From an uncultured Mycoplasma sp. (lineage in GTDB: Bacteria; Bacillota_I; Bacilli_A; RF39; UBA660), in assembly GCA_946500895.1 (NCBI GenBank), contig CAMMXG010000003.1:99-64098 (forward strand): a DNA stretch of 64,000 nt. Reading direction: 5' to 3'. The notes under the pieces are model-generated. The model was not told the origin of the DNA. It did not search any database and was given only the letters and a program-made list of their open reading frames with translations. This document shows positions 1-11,046 of the stretch, piece by piece (the first letter of the stretch is position 1; each line of letters opens with the position of its first letter). Made by a program: the position numbers and the translations under genes.

Positions 1-193
1 CATGTAATTCTTTGAACCACATTTTTGCATGTTCTTTTTCATTGTTAGCAGTTTCTTCAAAAATAGCTGCAATTTGTTCATATCCATCTTTCTTTGCTTG
101 TGATGCATAGTAAGTATATTTATTTCTTGCTTGTGATTCACCAGCAAAAGCAGCCATTAAGTTAGCTTCAGTTCTTGAACCTTTTAATTCCAT
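1..193 (-). CDS. rbr: rubrerythrin, N-terminal part (gene continues past the left edge)
   Basis: Minus-strand ATG at 191-193 preceded by GGAGG. Translation MELKGSRTEANLMAAFAGESQARNKYTYYASQAKKDGYEQIAAIFEETANNEKEHAKMWFKELH is a typical rubrerythrin diiron N-terminus. Confidence 0.8.
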   Translation of the reverse strand, partial: MELKGSRTEANLMAAFAGESQARNKYTYYASQAKKDGYEQIAAIFEETANNEKEHAKMWFKELH

Positions 194-258
194 AATATAT
201 TACCTCCGATTAATATTATAGCTAATTTCCTCTTAAAAGTAAATAAGCAAAAATGGTA

Positions 259-287
259 TTTACATCAAAATGTAATTCGATTATAAT
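259..287 (+). promoter_or_regulatory. sigma70-type promoter for the 312 gene
   Basis: TTTACA (259-264), 17-nt spacer, TATAAT (282-287), 25 nt upstream of the GGGAG RBS/ATG at 312. Confidence 0.45.
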
Positions 288-311
288 AGTTCTTAAATTT
301 AGGGAGTTATT

Positions 312-716
312 ATGAAAAATTTATATTCTATTCTGGGAGTAACTGATCATGCTTCAATACTTGATATTACTAAAGCATATCAAAATAAATGTATGGAAAA
401 TCCTGCTTCTTGTTTTTATTATACGAAGATTTTTAAAATTTTGGCATATACTCCTTATAGACTTGTTTATGATTCTTTACTCTTATCTATTGATATAAGA
501 ACTCTTGCTTTTTTTCAAACTTCTTTAAATGAGGAAGAGGAATATGAACTTGCTCTTACTATCCATCTTATTGAATATTTTAAAGATTTCGTTTATGATT
601 CTAAATATTTTTATCATCATTCAGAATATTTAAAATTATTAGATGATTGGTATAATGATTTGATGGATATTTTAGATTATTTAAAAGAAAATATTCAGAG
701 TTTTTATTTAAGTTAA
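312..716 (+). CDS. hypothetical protein with degenerate J-domain-like N-terminus
   Basis: N-terminus NLYSILGV..ITKAYQNK resembles J-domain helices I-II, but the HPD tripeptide is absent (..MENPAS..). RBS GGGAG is present. Confidence 0.5.
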   Translation: MKNLYSILGVTDHASILDITKAYQNKCMENPASCFYYTKIFKILAYTPYRLVYDSLLLSIDIRTLAFFQTSLNEEEEYELALTIHLIEYFKDFVYDSKYFYHHSEYLKLLDDWYNDLMDILDYLKENIQSFYLS

Positions 717-728
717 AAAAGAATGCAC

Positions 729-971
729 TCATGCATTCTTATCATTAATTAAGGGATCATCAAACTCATCATTTGTATATACTTCTACTGATGGGTGGAT
801 GGCTATTTTTTTATCTTCTTTTATGGGAGCAATCGGTTTTACTTTTTTCTTGTCTTTGTCTTTATTGCTGTTAGCGTCCACTAAATAACCAATTAAAGCA
901 AAAATTAAAATTAAAGAAATTACTAAAAACCAGATATAGTTGTTTAATAAAAATTCAATTAATGTATCCAC
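729..971 (-). CDS. small membrane protein, hypothetical
   Basis: 80-aa ORF with one N-terminal TM helix (IWFLVISLILIFALIGYLV) followed by a Lys-rich tail. RBS GGAGG upstream. Confidence 0.5.
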   Translation of the reverse strand: MDTLIEFLLNNYIWFLVISLILIFALIGYLVDANSNKDKDKKKVKPIAPIKEDKKIAIHPSVEVYTNDEFDDPLINDKNA

Positions 972-1004
972 TTGAAACCTCCTAATTTAATTTTATGCTC
1001 ATTT

Positions 1005-2060
1005 TTAAGAAATACTTATGTTTCCACTATTTGGTACAATATGAATCCATGTATTTCCATCATTTACTGTGATTTCTTCTCCAGATTCATCACGATATAC
1101 GGTTTGACTAGATCTTGAATCTTTTTCCCATGTAATTGGAATGACTTTACCTTCGGTAATATAATAGCCATCTCCTGATCCAATATTATCTAAATCTTGA
1201 CGGCCTTTTTCATCTCCAGCGATAGTTGTATTTCCTATTTGATAGACAATTATATTTTTTACAGTATATTGTTCTTTTGTTTCATAATCAGTATGCTCTT
1301 TATCATTGACAAATTGTTTGTATACTTTGGCATCGCTATCATATACATAATTTGTTGTAGAGCTTCCTGAATATTTAATATCAATTTCGGTTGCATCAGT
1401 AGCATCTTCTGGTAATTCTACAGAAGTGGCACTGTAATTTAATAATAAGTCTTTGTTTGTTTCTTTGCGGTATCCTAAGCGATCTACTAAATTTGCTAAT
1501 TCACTCAAATTAGTAAAGGCTTTATGTTCTGTATTTACGCCACTAATATTTTGTCTGAAAAAGTAAGGAGAACCATATGTCAAACCATTTAAATTATCAA
1601 TATCTAAACTTGATATATCGCTTTGGGCTTGAGGGCTCCATCCCCAGTGAACATAATATGCATCATTTTCTAGTACATAATCAATATAGTAATGTCTAGC
1701 ACTACGGACGTTTCCTACTACTTCATTTGTTTTATCTTTAAATAAAGCTAAGTATCTCGTAATTCCGCCTTCTACAACAATTTCATAAACTAAATAAGCA
1801 TCTTGAAGTCCTGTATGATATGGTCTTGCTGCTCCTAAATTATTGATCATAACAGCATATGGTCTTGATGTGCTATTTAAATCGACTATTTGAACAGTAG
1901 GTTCATTATGGTCTCTTTCTTCACTGCTATTACTATTGTTATTATTAGCTTCTCCTTTGTCTTTATTCAGTAATAATACTGTTGTAGTAATTCCTCCTAC
2001 GATAAGAATACCAATTACTATTAAAATAATCATACTTTTTTTCTTTAACTTTTTTTTCAT
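1005..2060 (-). CDS. DUF3048 (YerB-like) membrane-anchored protein
   Basis: N-terminal TM anchor, then RPYAVMINNLGAARPYHTGLQDAYLVYEIVVEGGITRYLALF, characteristic of the DUF3048 family. Confidence 0.75.
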   Translation of the reverse strand: MKKKLKKKSMIILIVIGILIVGGITTTVLLLNKDKGEANNNNSNSSEERDHNEPTVQIVDLNSTSRPYAVMINNLGAARPYHTGLQDAYLVYEIVVEGGITRYLALFKDKTNEVVGNVRSARHYYIDYVLENDAYYVHWGWSPQAQSDISSLDIDNLNGLTYGSPYFFRQNISGVNTEHKAFTNLSELANLVDRLGYRKETNKDLLLNYSATSVELPEDATDATEIDIKYSGSSTTNYVYDSDAKVYKQFVNDKEHTDYETKEQYTVKNIIVYQIGNTTIAGDEKGRQDLDNIGSGDGYYITEGKVIPITWEKDSRSSQTVYRDESGEEITVNDGNTWIHIVPNSGNISIS

Positions 2061-2116
2061 AACTACACCTCTATTTTGTAACTTAATTATAGCACAAAAA
2101 AATGATTTTGAATAGT

Positions 2117-3298
2117 TTATTTCTTTGTTAGAGTTCTCACCATATTTTTTTCTTTTTTAATGACTTCTAACCCAGTTACGTTTCCAGCATCATCCCGTTT
2201 TAATTCAACGGTTCCAAATTCTTCGTCATTATATTCTAATTCAATTTCATAATCAGTAAAAGAATATTTTTTGAATCTGTAATCACCAGCAGTAAGACTA
2301 AATGTTTCATAATCAAAATATCCTAGTTCAATATATGTATTTAATTTTTCATAATCACTTGCTGATACCCTTAACTCCATATTTTTATTTCCTTCAATTA
2401 TTGCTTTATTTATATAATCATAATTTATGTATAAAGCATTTAAAGATTCTGGTGTTTTTAAATAAATCGTTTTACCATTTTCTAGAGGTGAAAAACAGTA
2501 AATATTTAAATTGGTTGTCCCTTCATTTATTTCATAAGTTGATATTTCTTTATTATCCACTATAGTTAGATATAAATATTTTGCATTTATATTTGGTAGA
2601 TAAGGACTAATATCATTTCGAGATTGGATATCAAAGCTAGTGAAATGCCATTCTTTTTTTATGTTTGCTAAAATATCATCCAAAGCACTTTCTTTATAAT
2701 TTTCATTAGCTATTAGATTTACATTACCATTTTTTTCAGAAACTTTTTTGATTATTTTTAGGATATCTTTATTGCTTTCTTCATCAAATTCATTCCCATA
2801 CTCAATATAAAGAGTTGATTCTTTTGCTTTGTTAATAGCAGTATTTATATTATTTACATCTACAACAGGATAACTAAGAGCTATCCATAAATTTAAATCT
2901 TCTATATTTAACTTATTAAAATCAATGTTATATAGATAAAAAGGAATGTACATGATATCTTTAAAATTAGAATCAATTTTAGAGTATACTTCGATAATTT
3001 CATTTAATTTGTCATAATCCACTTCACCTTTTTGTTGGTCAACGATTAGCAAATTATCAAGAACACCATATTCCACTAAAATGGTCTCACTATCTAGATT
3101 ATCAATTAATGATTTTAACTCTTCCTCATAATTTGGCTCTAAAAGACTTGTTTCATCTTCTATTGGTAGTTCGACAATATAACTTTCTTTTTTTTCTTCT
3201 ACTTCTTGAGCGGATTCCATTTTTTCTCCACAGCTTACTAATCCACTTATGGTTAGACCTGCTAAAACTCCGGAAATTATTTGCTTTAATTTTTTCAT
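2117..3298 (-). CDS. lipoprotein, hypothetical
   Basis: Start moved to the internal ATG at 3298 (GGAGG 8 nt upstream). MKKLKQIISGVLAGLTISGLVSC has a lipobox (LVSC). No recognisable catalytic domain. Confidence 0.65.
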   Translation of the reverse strand: MKKLKQIISGVLAGLTISGLVSCGEKMESAQEVEEKKESYIVELPIEDETSLLEPNYEEELKSLIDNLDSETILVEYGVLDNLLIVDQQKGEVDYDKLNEIIEVYSKIDSNFKDIMYIPFYLYNIDFNKLNIEDLNLWIALSYPVVDVNNINTAINKAKESTLYIEYGNEFDEESNKDILKIIKKVSEKNGNVNLIANENYKESALDDILANIKKEWHFTSFDIQSRNDISPYLPNINAKYLYLTIVDNKEISTYEINEGTTNLNIYCFSPLENGKTIYLKTPESLNALYINYDYINKAIIEGNKNMELRVSASDYEKLNTYIELGYFDYETFSLTAGDYRFKKYSFTDYEIELEYNDEEFGTVELKRDDAGNVTGLEVIKKEKNMVRTLTKK

Positions 3299-3373
3299 TT
3301 TGTTTCCTCCATCGGAGTTATATTTTATATCGTTCTTATTTTTTTGTAAAGAAAAAGTAAGCATAGTACTTAC

Positions 3374-4264
3374 TTAGTTTACTTTATTTGTCATATAAAC
3401 TACTGCTTCGGCTCCTTCACTGGCAGCATTGATAATTTGATAAATTTCTTTTTTTGTTACATCTCCACTGGCATAAACTCCTTTGATGTTTGTTTCATGA
3501 TGTTCATCTACTAAAACATAGCCATCTTCCAAATTAACACCACTATTAATTAAAAAGTCGGTATTAGGAATAAAACCAACATAAATAAATATTCCTTTTA
3601 CATTGATTTCTCTACCATCTTTTAAAATGATTCCTGTTAAAGTATCATTTTCGATTTTTAACTCGGTTACTTCATTGTTTAATATTAATTCGATATTATC
3701 TTTTTGCTTAACTTCTTCAATTAAAGTTTCTTCACCGCGGAATTCATCTCTTCTGTGGATAAGATAAACTTTATTCACAATATTTGCTAAGTATAAAGCT
3801 TCACTTAAAGCCGATGATCCTCCACCTATAACCGCTACATCACTGTTTTTATAAAGGGCTCCATCGCATAGAGCACAAGTACTAATTCCTCTTCCTAAAA
3901 ACTTTTCTTCCTCTTTTAAACCTAACATTTTAGGGCGACGACCACTTGCTATTAAAAGATATTTTGCTTCATAAACATTATTTGTAGTCTTTATTTTTTT
4001 GCTATTTTCATCTAAAATAACATCTGTTACTTTCTCAAGTTTATACTCAATACCTAGTTTGTTTACCTCTTCAAATAGATTGTAGGCTAAATCAGGACCA
4101 GAAATAGAACTTATGCCGGGATAATTTTCAATTTTGCTTATCCCATTAATTGTTCCACCAGGAGCACTTCCCTCTAAAAGTAATACCTTCATACCAGCTC
4201 GATGAGCATATATACTTGCACTTATACCGGAAATACCCATACCAATTATTATTAAATCATACAT
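3374..4264 (-). CDS. trxB: thioredoxin-disulfide reductase
   Basis: FAD motif IIIGMGISG, redox CALC(DG) motif, NADPH motif VIGGGSSA, C-terminal GD motif (ASGDV). Confidence 0.85.
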   Translation of the reverse strand: MYDLIIIGMGISGISASIYAHRAGMKVLLLEGSAPGGTINGISKIENYPGISSISGPDLAYNLFEEVNKLGIEYKLEKVTDVILDENSKKIKTTNNVYEAKYLLIASGRRPKMLGLKEEEKFLGRGISTCALCDGALYKNSDVAVIGGGSSALSEALYLANIVNKVYLIHRRDEFRGEETLIEEVKQKDNIELILNNEVTELKIENDTLTGIILKDGREINVKGIFIYVGFIPNTDFLINSGVNLEDGYVLVDEHHETNIKGVYASGDVTKKEIYQIINAASEGAEAVVYMTNKVN

Positions 4265-5088
4265 TATTTTTTCTCCTTTTTAACTACTCTTCCCGCATTA
4301 ATATCGTTATATAAATTTTCATATTTGCCTTTTCTGCTTAAATAAATTAAATAAACTAATCCAGTAATAAATAAAATTACCGATATAATTTGAGCTACTT
4401 TAAATCCTCCTATCATAAGAGAGTCAGTACGCCATGCTTCAATAAAGAAACGACCTAAGCTATACCACATCAAATAGATACTTGTTGTAGCTCCTACTTT
4501 AATATATTTCATTCTTCTAATAATTATTAATATAATAAACCCTAGTAAACACCATAAAGATTCAAAATAGAATGTTGGCAAATAATATACGCCACCTATA
4601 TTCATACCATCAATTACAAATTCCGGTACCCATAAATTTTTTAATTCCGTATAAGTAGTTGCTATCCCATGAGCTTCACCATTAAAGAAATTACCCCATC
4701 TTCCTATGGCTTGGGCTAATATTAAACTAGGGGCAGCCATATCTAGTAATTTTAAGAAATTTAAGTGATATTTTTTAGCAAAGAAAATAACAGTGATAAC
4801 ACCAGCGATAATACCTCCATGTATAGCTAAGCCACCATTCCATATTGCAAATATTTCTAATAAATTGTTACTATAATAAGAGAAATTAAATATCACATAA
4901 TAAATTCTAGCCCCAATAATTCCCATGATAATGGCCCAAAAACAAATATTAAAGATTAAATCCTTAGGATACTTAAATCTTTTCGCTTCTCTTTCTAATA
5001 AAATGATACCAATAATAATACCTATTAATATTAAAACAGAATACCAATGAATGTTAATTCCAAAAATTGTGAACATAACTGGATCCAT
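4264..5088 (-). CDS. lgt: prolipoprotein diacylglyceryl transferase
   Basis: Polytopic membrane protein with the GRWGNFFNGEAHG signature. Start placed at the ATG at 5088, which has an AGGAA RBS (the ORF track starts 12 nt further upstream). Confidence 0.9.
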   Translation of the reverse strand: MDPVMFTIFGINIHWYSVLILIGIIIGIILLEREAKRFKYPKDLIFNICFWAIIMGIIGARIYYVIFNFSYYSNNLLEIFAIWNGGLAIHGGIIAGVITVIFFAKKYHLNFLKLLDMAAPSLILAQAIGRWGNFFNGEAHGIATTYTELKNLWVPEFVIDGMNIGGVYYLPTFYFESLWCLLGFIILIIIRRMKYIKVGATTSIYLMWYSLGRFFIEAWRTDSLMIGGFKVAQIISVILFITGLVYLIYLSRKGKYENLYNDINAGRVVKKEKK

Positions 5089-5111
5089 AAAATTCCTCAT
5101 TTCTAAAATTA

Positions 5112-6260
5112 TTATACACTATTTTTTGCTTTCCTAAAAGGAAGAACTATTTTTTTGTCTAATACATCTAATAATAAACTTATAATAGCAATTAACATTA
5201 AACATGAAAATATCCATAAAGGCATCCAACCTAATCCAAATAAATAAACAGAATATCCTGCTAGACTTGATAAGTTAATAATAATTGGGATATATATTTT
5301 TCTTCTATATAAGAAATACCAAATTACTGATAGAATATCGGCCATAAACATGTATCTTTCATGCATAAATGGTAAGAAGTAAGTGGCAATTAAGACACCA
5401 AGTAGCCCAATACTAATTATTTCTTTTCCCTCTATTTTCTTTTTTCTTTTTATAAAATATATTAGTAATCCTAAAAAAATAAGTCCCATTATTATAAATA
5501 GTATATAACCAATAACTTTTATATTAGGTAAAAATGTGTAAATATTAGCTAGATTTCTCGTTAAATAAACAGAATAATCTGTCGTTTGTTCTAGGTAAGT
5601 CGTAAAGCAATTCATAAGGGGCATACCCATTAATAAGACTGGTAAACACATTAATATATTTCCTAAGGGAATAAGTAAGAAATTAAAGATAGAAAACTTT
5701 TTGTTGACAAAATAAATGATTATATATAATGGTAAAATAAATACGAATTGTAGTTTAAAACTAAAAGCAATTCCTAAACTTAGAAATGATAAAGAATATT
5801 TTTCTTTTATTAATAAGTATAGTGATAATAAAACAAACGTTGTATAAATACTATCACATTGAGCCCACATGGAACTATTTAAAATAACGGTTGGTAAGAA
5901 TAAAATAACAATCCAACATAAATAAGCGTGTTTTGAATTAGTAAGTTTTTTTACAATTAAATAGCCAATTAAGCCCATTAATATATCAAATACTACTGAT
6001 GACATTTTGATTTTTACTATGGCACTTCCTGGTAGGAATGTAAGTAAGTAAAGTAAGATTAAATATGGTGGATTGTAATTACCTAAACCACCTGCAATAG
6101 CACTTAATCCCTCTTCAGAAATAATATTGTACCATTTAAGTAAAAATCTTTTATAATCACCACTTTCAAACGAAAAAAAGAAGTATTTGATGAGAATACT
6201 TACTAAAATTAAACTGATGAATAATACTGTCTTTTTGTTTATAATTTTCTTTTTAGTCAA
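5112..6260 (-). CDS. GT-C-fold membrane glycosyltransferase (GPI-mannosyltransferase/COG5542-like)
   Basis: About 10 TM helices. N-terminal SGDYKRFLLKWYN...GNYNPPYLILLY loop is typical of polyprenyl-P-sugar-dependent GT-C enzymes. Abuts the GtrB-like gene. Confidence 0.6.
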   Translation of the reverse strand: MTKKKIINKKTVLFISLILVSILIKYFFFSFESGDYKRFLLKWYNIISEEGLSAIAGGLGNYNPPYLILLYLLTFLPGSAIVKIKMSSVVFDILMGLIGYLIVKKLTNSKHAYLCWIVILFLPTVILNSSMWAQCDSIYTTFVLLSLYLLIKEKYSLSFLSLGIAFSFKLQFVFILPLYIIIYFVNKKFSIFNFLLIPLGNILMCLPVLLMGMPLMNCFTTYLEQTTDYSVYLTRNLANIYTFLPNIKVIGYILFIIMGLIFLGLLIYFIKRKKKIEGKEIISIGLLGVLIATYFLPFMHERYMFMADILSVIWYFLYRRKIYIPIIINLSSLAGYSVYLFGLGWMPLWIFSCLMLIAIISLLLDVLDKKIVLPFRKAKNSV

Positions 6261-7205
6261 TTATTTCAACTCTCTTTCAATTATATATCTTGGTCTATGT
6301 TTTGTTTCACTGTATATTTTGCCCACATACTCGCCAATTAAACCTACAGATACTAATTGTACTCCTCCTATAAACCAAATTGATAACATAATAAATGCCC
6401 AACCATCTACTGTGTTACCAAGTATTTTCACAACAATTGTATAAATAATCATAATGATACTTATAAATAACATGATAAATCCTAATGTTGTAATCATTTT
6501 AAGTGGTTTTACACTGAATGAGGTTATTCCATCCCAAGCAAAAGATAACATTTTCTTGAGAGGATATTTTGATTCTCCTGCTGCTCTTTCTTTTCTCTCA
6601 TAAGTTGCTACTGATGTTTGGAAGCCAATTAAAGGTACAATTCCTCTTAAAAATAAATTTACTTCATCAAAACGTTCTAGTTCATCTAATGCTCTTTTGC
6701 TCATTAACCGGCAATCCGCATGATTAAATACAACTTCTACACCCATTACTCTCATTAATTTGTAAAAAGATTCAGCCGTAAATCTTTTAAACCAGCTATC
6801 TTTTTTACGAGAACTGCGAACTCCATAAACGATTTCAGAACCTTTATTATTTTCTTCAATCATTTTATCAATGACATTAATGTCATCTTGTAAGTCTGCA
6901 TCCATACTAATTGTGATATCAGCATATTTCTTTGCAGTCATAAGTCCTGCAAGTAAAGCATTTTGATGTCCTTTATTACGAGATAGTTTTACACCAACAA
7001 ATAAAGGATCTTCGTTATGATATTCTTCTATAAGCTCCCAAGTTTTATCTTTAGAGCCATCGTTTACAAACATCACTTTACTGTCTTTGCTAATCTTCTT
7101 TTCTTTAATTAGACTTTCCATCTTTTCTTTTAATTCTTTTTTGGTTAATGGTAATACTTCTTCTTCATTATAACAAGGTATTACTAAATATAATATTTTA
7201 GACAT
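6261..7205 (-). CDS. polyprenyl-phosphate glycosyltransferase, GT2 (GtrB/CsbB-like)
   Basis: LVIPCYNEEE, VNDGSKD and SMDADLQD motifs plus two C-terminal TM helices; this is the classic GtrB architecture. Confidence 0.85.
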   Translation of the reverse strand: MSKILYLVIPCYNEEEVLPLTKKELKEKMESLIKEKKISKDSKVMFVNDGSKDKTWELIEEYHNEDPLFVGVKLSRNKGHQNALLAGLMTAKKYADITISMDADLQDDINVIDKMIEENNKGSEIVYGVRSSRKKDSWFKRFTAESFYKLMRVMGVEVVFNHADCRLMSKRALDELERFDEVNLFLRGIVPLIGFQTSVATYERKERAAGESKYPLKKMLSFAWDGITSFSVKPLKMITTLGFIMLFISIIMIIYTIVVKILGNTVDGWAFIMLSIWFIGGVQLVSVGLIGEYVGKIYSETKHRPRYIIERELK

Positions 7206-7233
7206 TTTTACACCTCACATTCATTATAGCAAT

Positions 7234-9411
7234 CTAGCTCTTTTTTCTCAAGACTTTTGTCTTATTTTTACTTATTATATACTCACTTAAACTAATCCAC
7301 TCAATTCCGAGTATCAATACTGATAAAATTAAGTAAGAAATGATACTCATGTAAGTTCTTTCGCATCTATAATCTATTCTAAAAATAAAGGTATCACTTG
7401 TTTCTTCATCATTTACATAAACAGATCCATTATTATATGCTTTATAATATTCAGATTCATTGTAAGTCCCAACACTTAATACAGATTCACCTGAGGCTTT
7501 GGTTAATTCAATGCGGTAACGAGTGTTTTTAGTAGGATTAATATCATCAAAGTTAAATTTATGGTTGCTACCATCTTGGATATTACTACTATTAAATTCC
7601 TCTTCTACTAACAACTCATTATTATCATCATATAATCTAAATAGATAAATACTTTCTTCTTGTTCATTACTATTATTTAGGCGCACTCTTATCTCATTAA
7701 AGGTATCACTTGTTGTGAATGTTTGACTAATTTTATCTTCTCCTATTTCTATCTCTGTAAATCCACGATAAGATAATACCCTAATGTCTTCATAAGTATT
7801 TTTATCTAATGTATATTTTGGAAAATTAATTGTTAGTAAAAGGAAAGTTATCAACATTAATGCTATACTTCCAATTTTTAAAATTTGCTTTTTATGAAGA
7901 GCAAGAGTCTTTAAAACTTTCGCTTGGGGTTCGATTCTTTCATCCCCTGCCATTTCTTCTTTTTTATTTAGCTTAGAATAAATTAAACCTAAAGGAATAA
8001 TCATCCATGGTAAGAAGGATAGGCTATATCTTTGGGCTGCCTCCCATATAATATAGAAGAGGATTGCTCCAAATAGGCCAATATAAATAATTGCATCATA
8101 ATTATATTCAATTTCTTTTTTTCTAAATATTTGATATACTCCTAAAAGAATCATAAAACTAATATAAGTTTTTAATATTTGTAATGTGTACTTTAAGAAA
8201 ATATTCGTATTACCATAACCACCTAAATATTCATAAATACCAGTTCCATCAGCAGTATTGTTTAATTTGGCATAAACACCATAATTGCCACTGGACCAAG
8301 TACGGGCTATTTTCATTCCCCCTAACTTGATTAAACCAATTGGACCAAGTTCACTAATTCTTTCCTTTATTACTTCTATGTTTGCTTCCCCTTTGTCTTC
8401 TTTTGTTTCTTCATTAAATGTTAAATCATGGTCAGGACTGTTATAACCACCGGTGTATTCTTCGTTTAATCCCATCATAATCCAGTGCGTTATTGGAAAT
8501 GAGGCATTTTCATCTAAATCTAGTTCAAAACTATTTTCAACCACTTTAAATCCAAAGAAACCTATTATTAATCCTAGGAATAAAGCTAGATATATTTTTA
8601 TTTTATTTGTTACTTGTTTATTAATTAAGATATATCCTAAAGCTGCGATTAAAAGAATGACTACAACAATACGTACCTTTAATCCTATCAAGAAAATAAT
8701 GCCAGATAAAATTCCTAAGATTATCTTATTTCTTGTGTTAGTTTCTTTTATGCATTTAATTATTAAATAAAGTCCAATGACTGCGAATGGCATACAGAGC
8801 GTATCTGTATAAAAGTAAGATGAGTATAAATAAAAGATAGGATTAATCATCATGAATATTAATGCGAGTAACCCTGCTTTTGAATCCTTTAATTCTTTCC
8901 CTATTAAATAGATAAAATATCCAGTTAGGGCCATAAATAAAGCATTAAAAATTGTACCCATTAATAACACATTTGTACAGCCAAAGATACTTCCTATTTT
9001 AGTAAATCCATAAACAAATATTAGCAAAGGTATTTGATTGGTGTATTTAGAAAAGTAAGGCCCTGTTATAGTTAGACTATTTTCACTAATCATACGATTT
9101 ACATATTCAATAATGTGAGATAAATCTGTAACTGATGATATTGGTAAAAATATGCCTATTAATAATAAACCTATAAAGAATAATATGCTTAGAATAATAG
9201 CAATTATTTTTATTTTTTTGTCAGATAGTTTATCTAGTTTTTTATAAATAAACTTAAATAAAAAGAATGTTATAATGGTACCAATAATTACAATTAAAGG
9301 TGATAGATTTTGGTCTATTCCATAAAAAGCACTGACAGCTGTAATATATAAAAAAGTAATCATTAATATGCACATTACTACTTTATAGCTAACATTAAAA
9401 AATTTAGTCAT
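7234..9411 (-). CDS. GT-C-fold membrane glycosyltransferase (GT39/ArnT-like) with C-terminal extracytoplasmic beta-rich domain
   Basis: About 12 TM helices (YFYTDTLCMPF loop), then a ~180-aa soluble domain and a terminal TM helix. Confidence 0.65.
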   Translation of the reverse strand: MTKFFNVSYKVVMCILMITFLYITAVSAFYGIDQNLSPLIVIIGTIITFFLFKFIYKKLDKLSDKKIKIIAIILSILFFIGLLLIGIFLPISSVTDLSHIIEYVNRMISENSLTITGPYFSKYTNQIPLLIFVYGFTKIGSIFGCTNVLLMGTIFNALFMALTGYFIYLIGKELKDSKAGLLALIFMMINPIFYLYSSYFYTDTLCMPFAVIGLYLIIKCIKETNTRNKIILGILSGIIFLIGLKVRIVVVILLIAALGYILINKQVTNKIKIYLALFLGLIIGFFGFKVVENSFELDLDENASFPITHWIMMGLNEEYTGGYNSPDHDLTFNEETKEDKGEANIEVIKERISELGPIGLIKLGGMKIARTWSSGNYGVYAKLNNTADGTGIYEYLGGYGNTNIFLKYTLQILKTYISFMILLGVYQIFRKKEIEYNYDAIIYIGLFGAILFYIIWEAAQRYSLSFLPWMIIPLGLIYSKLNKKEEMAGDERIEPQAKVLKTLALHKKQILKIGSIALMLITFLLLTINFPKYTLDKNTYEDIRVLSYRGFTEIEIGEDKISQTFTTSDTFNEIRVRLNNSNEQEESIYLFRLYDDNNELLVEEEFNSSNIQDGSNHKFNFDDINPTKNTRYRIELTKASGESVLSVGTYNESEYYKAYNNGSVYVNDEETSDTFIFRIDYRCERTYMSIISYLILSVLILGIEWISLSEYIISKNKTKVLRKKS

Positions 9412-9516
9412 TAGTACACCTCTTTAAGTAAACTTTAATTAACAATATTATATCTATAAACTATATAAATTTCAATATATCTAATAAAAGAAAAAACACT
9501 AGTTAAAACTAATGTT

Positions 9517-10857
9517 TTAGGATACTACATATGGATTAGTTGCAGTGCCATCACCTGATGAAATTGTTACATCACTACGTAAGTTGATGACAGGACGAAC
9601 ACCACGCGAGGTGTCCACGCTGTTGCCGTTGAAAGCAAAAAGAGTACCTGAACCCACATAAATTACCCAGGCATAAATACTGTAAAATCGAAATGGAGAC
9701 ATGGTCCAGTAATATTGGCCTGTATATAGATAATAACTTTTATTAGTAGTTGCCCATACTCCACCTGCATAGGCTACTTCATCTGCTGTGATTAATCCGA
9801 TTGGATATTGTAATGCTTGATTTCCTTTATTACTACTGCTTACTGTGAACAAGTCACTACTATTACTACATTTGAAGCTTGGTGATGCATTACTACTACT
9901 ATAACCCGCATACAATCTGATATATGCTCCATAGTATGTTTCTGTGGTTCCTGTTCCTCCACTTCCGTTACTTGATGTTTCACTTGTACTTGGTTGTCTA
10001 TCATTACAGAATCCTGCATTCATATCTATATCATCGGCATAACTTGCTAGATTTTCTTGATACCATGTATTTAGTACTCCTAGTATCGTACTATTGGTTT
10101 CTATTCCGTGAACATTTCCACTGGTATATTTTAATCCTACGTACATATTATTATCATACGAACTATTAAATGCACTATATCCTATTTGCGTTCCAGTTCC
10201 CATTGTATTTGCGCTAGTCCCTTGGTAAATTAATCTTAATGTTCCATCTCCATTGATGCGGATGATTCGCCAATAAAATCCTCCAAATTTGACCCAATTA
10301 TTGTCTACTGCGCCTCTCCAGTAATAAGTAGTTCCATCATCATCTTGTCCTTCATATATTCCATTTGTTTCTTCACAATCATCTATTCCACTACAATCTG
10401 CTTGGGCTGTTTTGCTAAAGTCTGGTGTATCTATATTTACTTCTATTGTTCCAAGCACTGTATCTACTTCTTTTTTAGGTATTACTGTTACAAAATCTAA
10501 ATAGCACTTTGTTCCTTTTGTTGTAAATGGTATAACATTTAATGTTTTTGTATTACTATCATAGCTTATACTAATACTACTATCTTTTTCACCATTAATT
10601 GTGCAATAGCTTTCTTCGGTTAATTCATAATTACCATCAGGAATAGTATCAACACTTTCACCATCTACAGTGATAGCAATAATATTTAAGTCTGCTAAGC
10701 TATAGTTAATTGTTCCATTAACTAAAGGTATACTCTGTGTAACTCTATACTTTGCTTTTGTAAAGTTTAGTATTACTGCACTAATTATAGCTATCAATAT
10801 TACTCCTATAATAATATTTCTTTTTAAATGACTTCTTTTTAGTATCTCAAAATTCAT
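9517..10857 (-). CDS. membrane-anchored secreted protein, hypothetical
   Basis: Start set at the ATG at 10857 (AAGGAG 8 nt upstream). Single N-terminal TM, Cys-containing Ig-like stretch, and a Gly/Tyr/Trp-rich C-terminal domain ending GVRPVINLRSDV. Confidence 0.6.
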   Translation of the reverse strand: MNFEILKRSHLKRNIIIGVILIAIISAVILNFTKAKYRVTQSIPLVNGTINYSLADLNIIAITVDGESVDTIPDGNYELTEESYCTINGEKDSSISISYDSNTKTLNVIPFTTKGTKCYLDFVTVIPKKEVDTVLGTIEVNIDTPDFSKTAQADCSGIDDCEETNGIYEGQDDDGTTYYWRGAVDNNWVKFGGFYWRIIRINGDGTLRLIYQGTSANTMGTGTQIGYSAFNSSYDNNMYVGLKYTSGNVHGIETNSTILGVLNTWYQENLASYADDIDMNAGFCNDRQPSTSETSSNGSGGTGTTETYYGAYIRLYAGYSSSNASPSFKCSNSSDLFTVSSSNKGNQALQYPIGLITADEVAYAGGVWATTNKSYYLYTGQYYWTMSPFRFYSIYAWVIYVGSGTLFAFNGNSVDTSRGVRPVINLRSDVTISSGDGTATNPYVVS

Positions 10858-11046
10858 AACTCTACTCCTTTTTGTGAAGTTCTGCTTCATTTTATTGATT
10901 CTAAATATAAGCTATGATAGATGAGGTTACCTAGCTTACATATAAATTATAAACTTGTGTATATTAAAAGTCAAGAAAAATAACACTATTTTCGCCATTA
11001 AATTTATTGTTTCTTTTTTAATGAGAAAATAGAATTGGTGAAGTTT

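Noticed and set aside
312-716. Annotating the 134-aa protein as a DnaJ-type co-chaperone.
   Set aside because: Only helix I-II-like residues are present and the essential HPD tripeptide is missing. It is kept as hypothetical.
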